From contig NIVC01001279.1 of the NCBI GenBank assembly GCA_002269645.1, positions 1 through 64,000 on the forward strand: a stretch of DNA of 64,000 nt, written 5' to 3'. A program made the translations under genes and the position numbers. Origin of the DNA: Macrostomum lignano (taxonomy: Eukaryota). Positions 62,301-64,000 of this stretch are shown here, piece after piece. The first letter of the stretch is position 1; each line of letters opens with the position of its first letter. Below the pieces are notes generated by a model, which saw only the letters and a program-made list of their open reading frames with translations, did not search any database and was not told the origin of the DNA.

Positions 62301-64000
62301 CCGAAAGAAGCAGCTAGTTAGCAGTGGATCGCTTTCTATGGCTCTGAGAAAGGTTGGTTTTGATAACTTTCACCCAGATCCTAGATTTCAGCCTCCCAGA
62401 TCCCCAGATTAGGTTACCAGCCTCCCAGATCCCCAGATTAGGCTACCAGCCTCCCAGATCCCCAGATTAGGCTACCAGCCTCCCAGATCCCCAGATTAGG
62501 CTACCAGCCTCCCAGATCCCCAGATTAGGTTACCAGCCTCCCAGATCCCCAGATTAGGCTACCAGCCTCCCAGATCCCCAGATTAGGCTACCAGCCTCCC
62601 AGATCCCCAGATTAGGCTACCAGCCTCCCATATCCCCAGATTAGGCTAGCAGCCTCCCAGATCCCCAGATTAGGCTACCAGCCTCCCAGATCCCCAGATT
62701 AGGCTACCAGCCTCCCAGATCCCCAGATTAGGCTACCAGCCTCCCATATCCCCAGATTAAGCTACTGTACCAGCCTTCCAGATCCTCAGATTAAGTTACC
62801 AGCCTCCAGATCCCCAGATTAAGCTACCAGCCTCCCATATCCCCAGATTAGGCTAGCAGCCTCCCAGATCCCCAGATTAGGCTAGCAGCCTCCCAGATCC
62901 CCAGATTAGGCTACCAGCCTCCTAGGTCCCCAGATTAAGCCACCAGCCTCCAGATCCCCAGATTAAGCTACGGTACCAGCCTCCCAGATCCTCCCAGATT
63001 AAGCTCAGGCCAGTCCAGCAGCCACCAATCACTTGCTCACCCTCAGGGCAGCGACATGGACTGCAGCTCCAGCAGCTTGGCCTCTCTTGCCGTAGTTGGC
63101 GAGTCGAATTCAACGGTGCGCAATCCAGACGACCCGTATGACATGGACGACTACGAGGACGGCCACAAGGACTGCGAGCAGTATGATTCGGCCTCGATTT
63201 CTGCTGTCTCGGCTGCTGGTAGAGGATCGCGCCTCGGCAACATGTCGGTAGCCAGGGCCTCTACTGCTACTTTGGCTAATGTTGAACAGGTTAGATTGTG
63301 TGCTCTTTCTTCTGTGTATCGCATGGCTCTGCCTTTGTCTTGGGGTCATTGACCCCTCATTGTGTTCTGGGCTCTTTGATGGTAAACGACGAGGTCATTG
63401 ACCCCTTTATTGTGTCCTGGTCTCTCTGATTGGTAATAGGGAGGTCATTGACCCCTTTATTGTGTCCTGGTCTCTCTGATTGGTAATAGGGAGGTCATTG
63501 ACCCCTTTATTGTGTCCTGGTCTCTGATTGGTAATAGGGAGGTCATTGACCCCTTTATTGTGTTCTGGTCTCTCTGATTAGTAATAGGGAGGTCATTGAC
63601 CCCTGTATTGTGTCCTGGTCTCTGATTGGTAATAGGGAGGTCATTGACCCCTTTATTGTGTCCTGGTCTCTCTGATTAGTAATAGCGAGGTCATTGACCC
63701 CTTTATTGTGTCCTGGTCTCTCTGATTAGTAATAGCGAGGTCATTGACCCCTTTATTGTGTCCTGGTCTCTCTGACTGGTATTAGGGTGGGGGTCATCTG
63801 CCCCCACAGCGTCTGAATTCGAATGCAATTGTATAATTAAACAAGAAGTAATTTCATATTAAACAGCTTCGGTGCGACTCCATCGCTCACTTGGGCTCCG
63901 CAGCCGCCGTCGCGGTCAGCTGTTCCTCATCTGGCAGCGTCGCCTCTGTCGCAGCCGCCGCCGCCTCAGCCTCTAGCCGGTTCAGCATCGGCGGCAGCGG
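56315..64000 (+). CDS. ECT2-family RhoGEF (DH-PH + low-complexity tail), 3'-truncated; exons 56315-56755, 57435-57843, 58506-58878, 59671-59869, 60208-60759, 62032-62352, 63047-63289, 63867->64000
   Basis: All seven introns are GT-AG with consistent phases (0,1,2,0,0,0,0). DH: QELAATEGNYV.IL, LYPPFVNFF, RPEC.RQSLSDLMIRPVQRLPSV.L.L.DLLKYT, HINEEKR. ECT2-type PH: FDV..EVENFP.YLLSAHR, LTLFLLTD.L.VAKRR, LELVPLNSVRAV.DIR. No BRCT exons recognised, so the symbol is withheld. Confidence 0.88.
56775..57400. repeat. 39-bp (20+19) minisatellite GGCGCCAAAATCCACCCTGT-GGCGCCAAATATCTCAGAT in ECT2-like intron 1
   Basis: Direct reading; 17 exact GCGCCAAA counted. Confidence 0.9.
57875..58420. repeat. 22/23-bp minisatellite (AGGTCGGGATCTAGGGTTTTCAG) in ECT2-like intron 2
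   Basis: Direct reading. Confidence 0.9.
58990..59500. repeat. Degenerate repeat (TTTCTTAGAAATCGCCCCTAAA-like) in ECT2-like intron 3
   Basis: Direct reading; shares AATCGCCCCTAA with the intron 4 unit. Confidence 0.75.
59955..60175 (+). repeat. 23-bp minisatellite (GAATCGCCCCTAAACCCACCCTA) in ECT2-like intron 4
   Basis: About 7 clean copies at 60007-60172. Confidence 0.88.
60800..61965 (-). repeat. 23-bp minisatellite (GATTCTAGGGTGGGTTTAGGGGC) in ECT2-like intron 5, the reverse complement of the intron 4 unit
   Basis: About 50 copies; direct reading. Confidence 0.92.
62385..63000. repeat. 29-bp minisatellite (CCCAGATCCCCAGATTAGGCTACCAGCCT) in ECT2-like intron 6
   Basis: Direct reading. 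Confidence 0.92.
63385..63790. repeat. 48-50-bp minisatellite (GAGGTCATTGACCCCTTTATTGTGTCCTGGTCTCTCTGATTGGTAATAGG) in ECT2-like intron 7
   Basis: About 8 copies. Confidence 0.92.

Overview
Repeat-rich invertebrate animal genomic DNA with GT-AG introns. The style, with nearly every intron filled by its own minisatellite, resembles the flatworm Macrostomum; this is inference, not a database hit. Genes reconstructed by hand from splice sites and phase: a PAN/apple + fibrinogen-related (FReD) gene (+, 5'-truncated); two tandem two-domain Ly6/uPAR-like GPI-anchored genes (-) and a one-domain relative (+); intronless membralin/TMEM259 (-); intronless MRPL48 (-); two tandem CRAL-TRIO (alpha-TTP/clavesin-like) genes (-); and an ECT2-type DH-PH RhoGEF (+, runs off the end). 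Mobile DNA: a full-length 5.84-kb LOA-like LINE with a 12-bp TSD, a nested pair of TA-flanked DNA elements carrying a P/THAP9 C-terminus-like ORF, three MITE-like elements and two CORE-like SINEs. Top find: the first nucleotide of the LINE is G1 of a complete HDV-like self-cleaving ribozyme fold (P1, P1.1 with an AC/GU covariation, P2, P3, P4, catalytic C) with a ~170-nt structured J1/2. Other leads are a 17-copy E2F-site minisatellite in ECT2 intron 1, oppositely oriented 23-bp arrays flanking a frame-symmetric ECT2 exon (circRNA/skipping architecture), and a near-identical anchor exon versus highly divergent finger exons in the Ly6 pair. All coordinates were read by eye; repeat boundaries are approximate and protein family calls come from motif recognition only.
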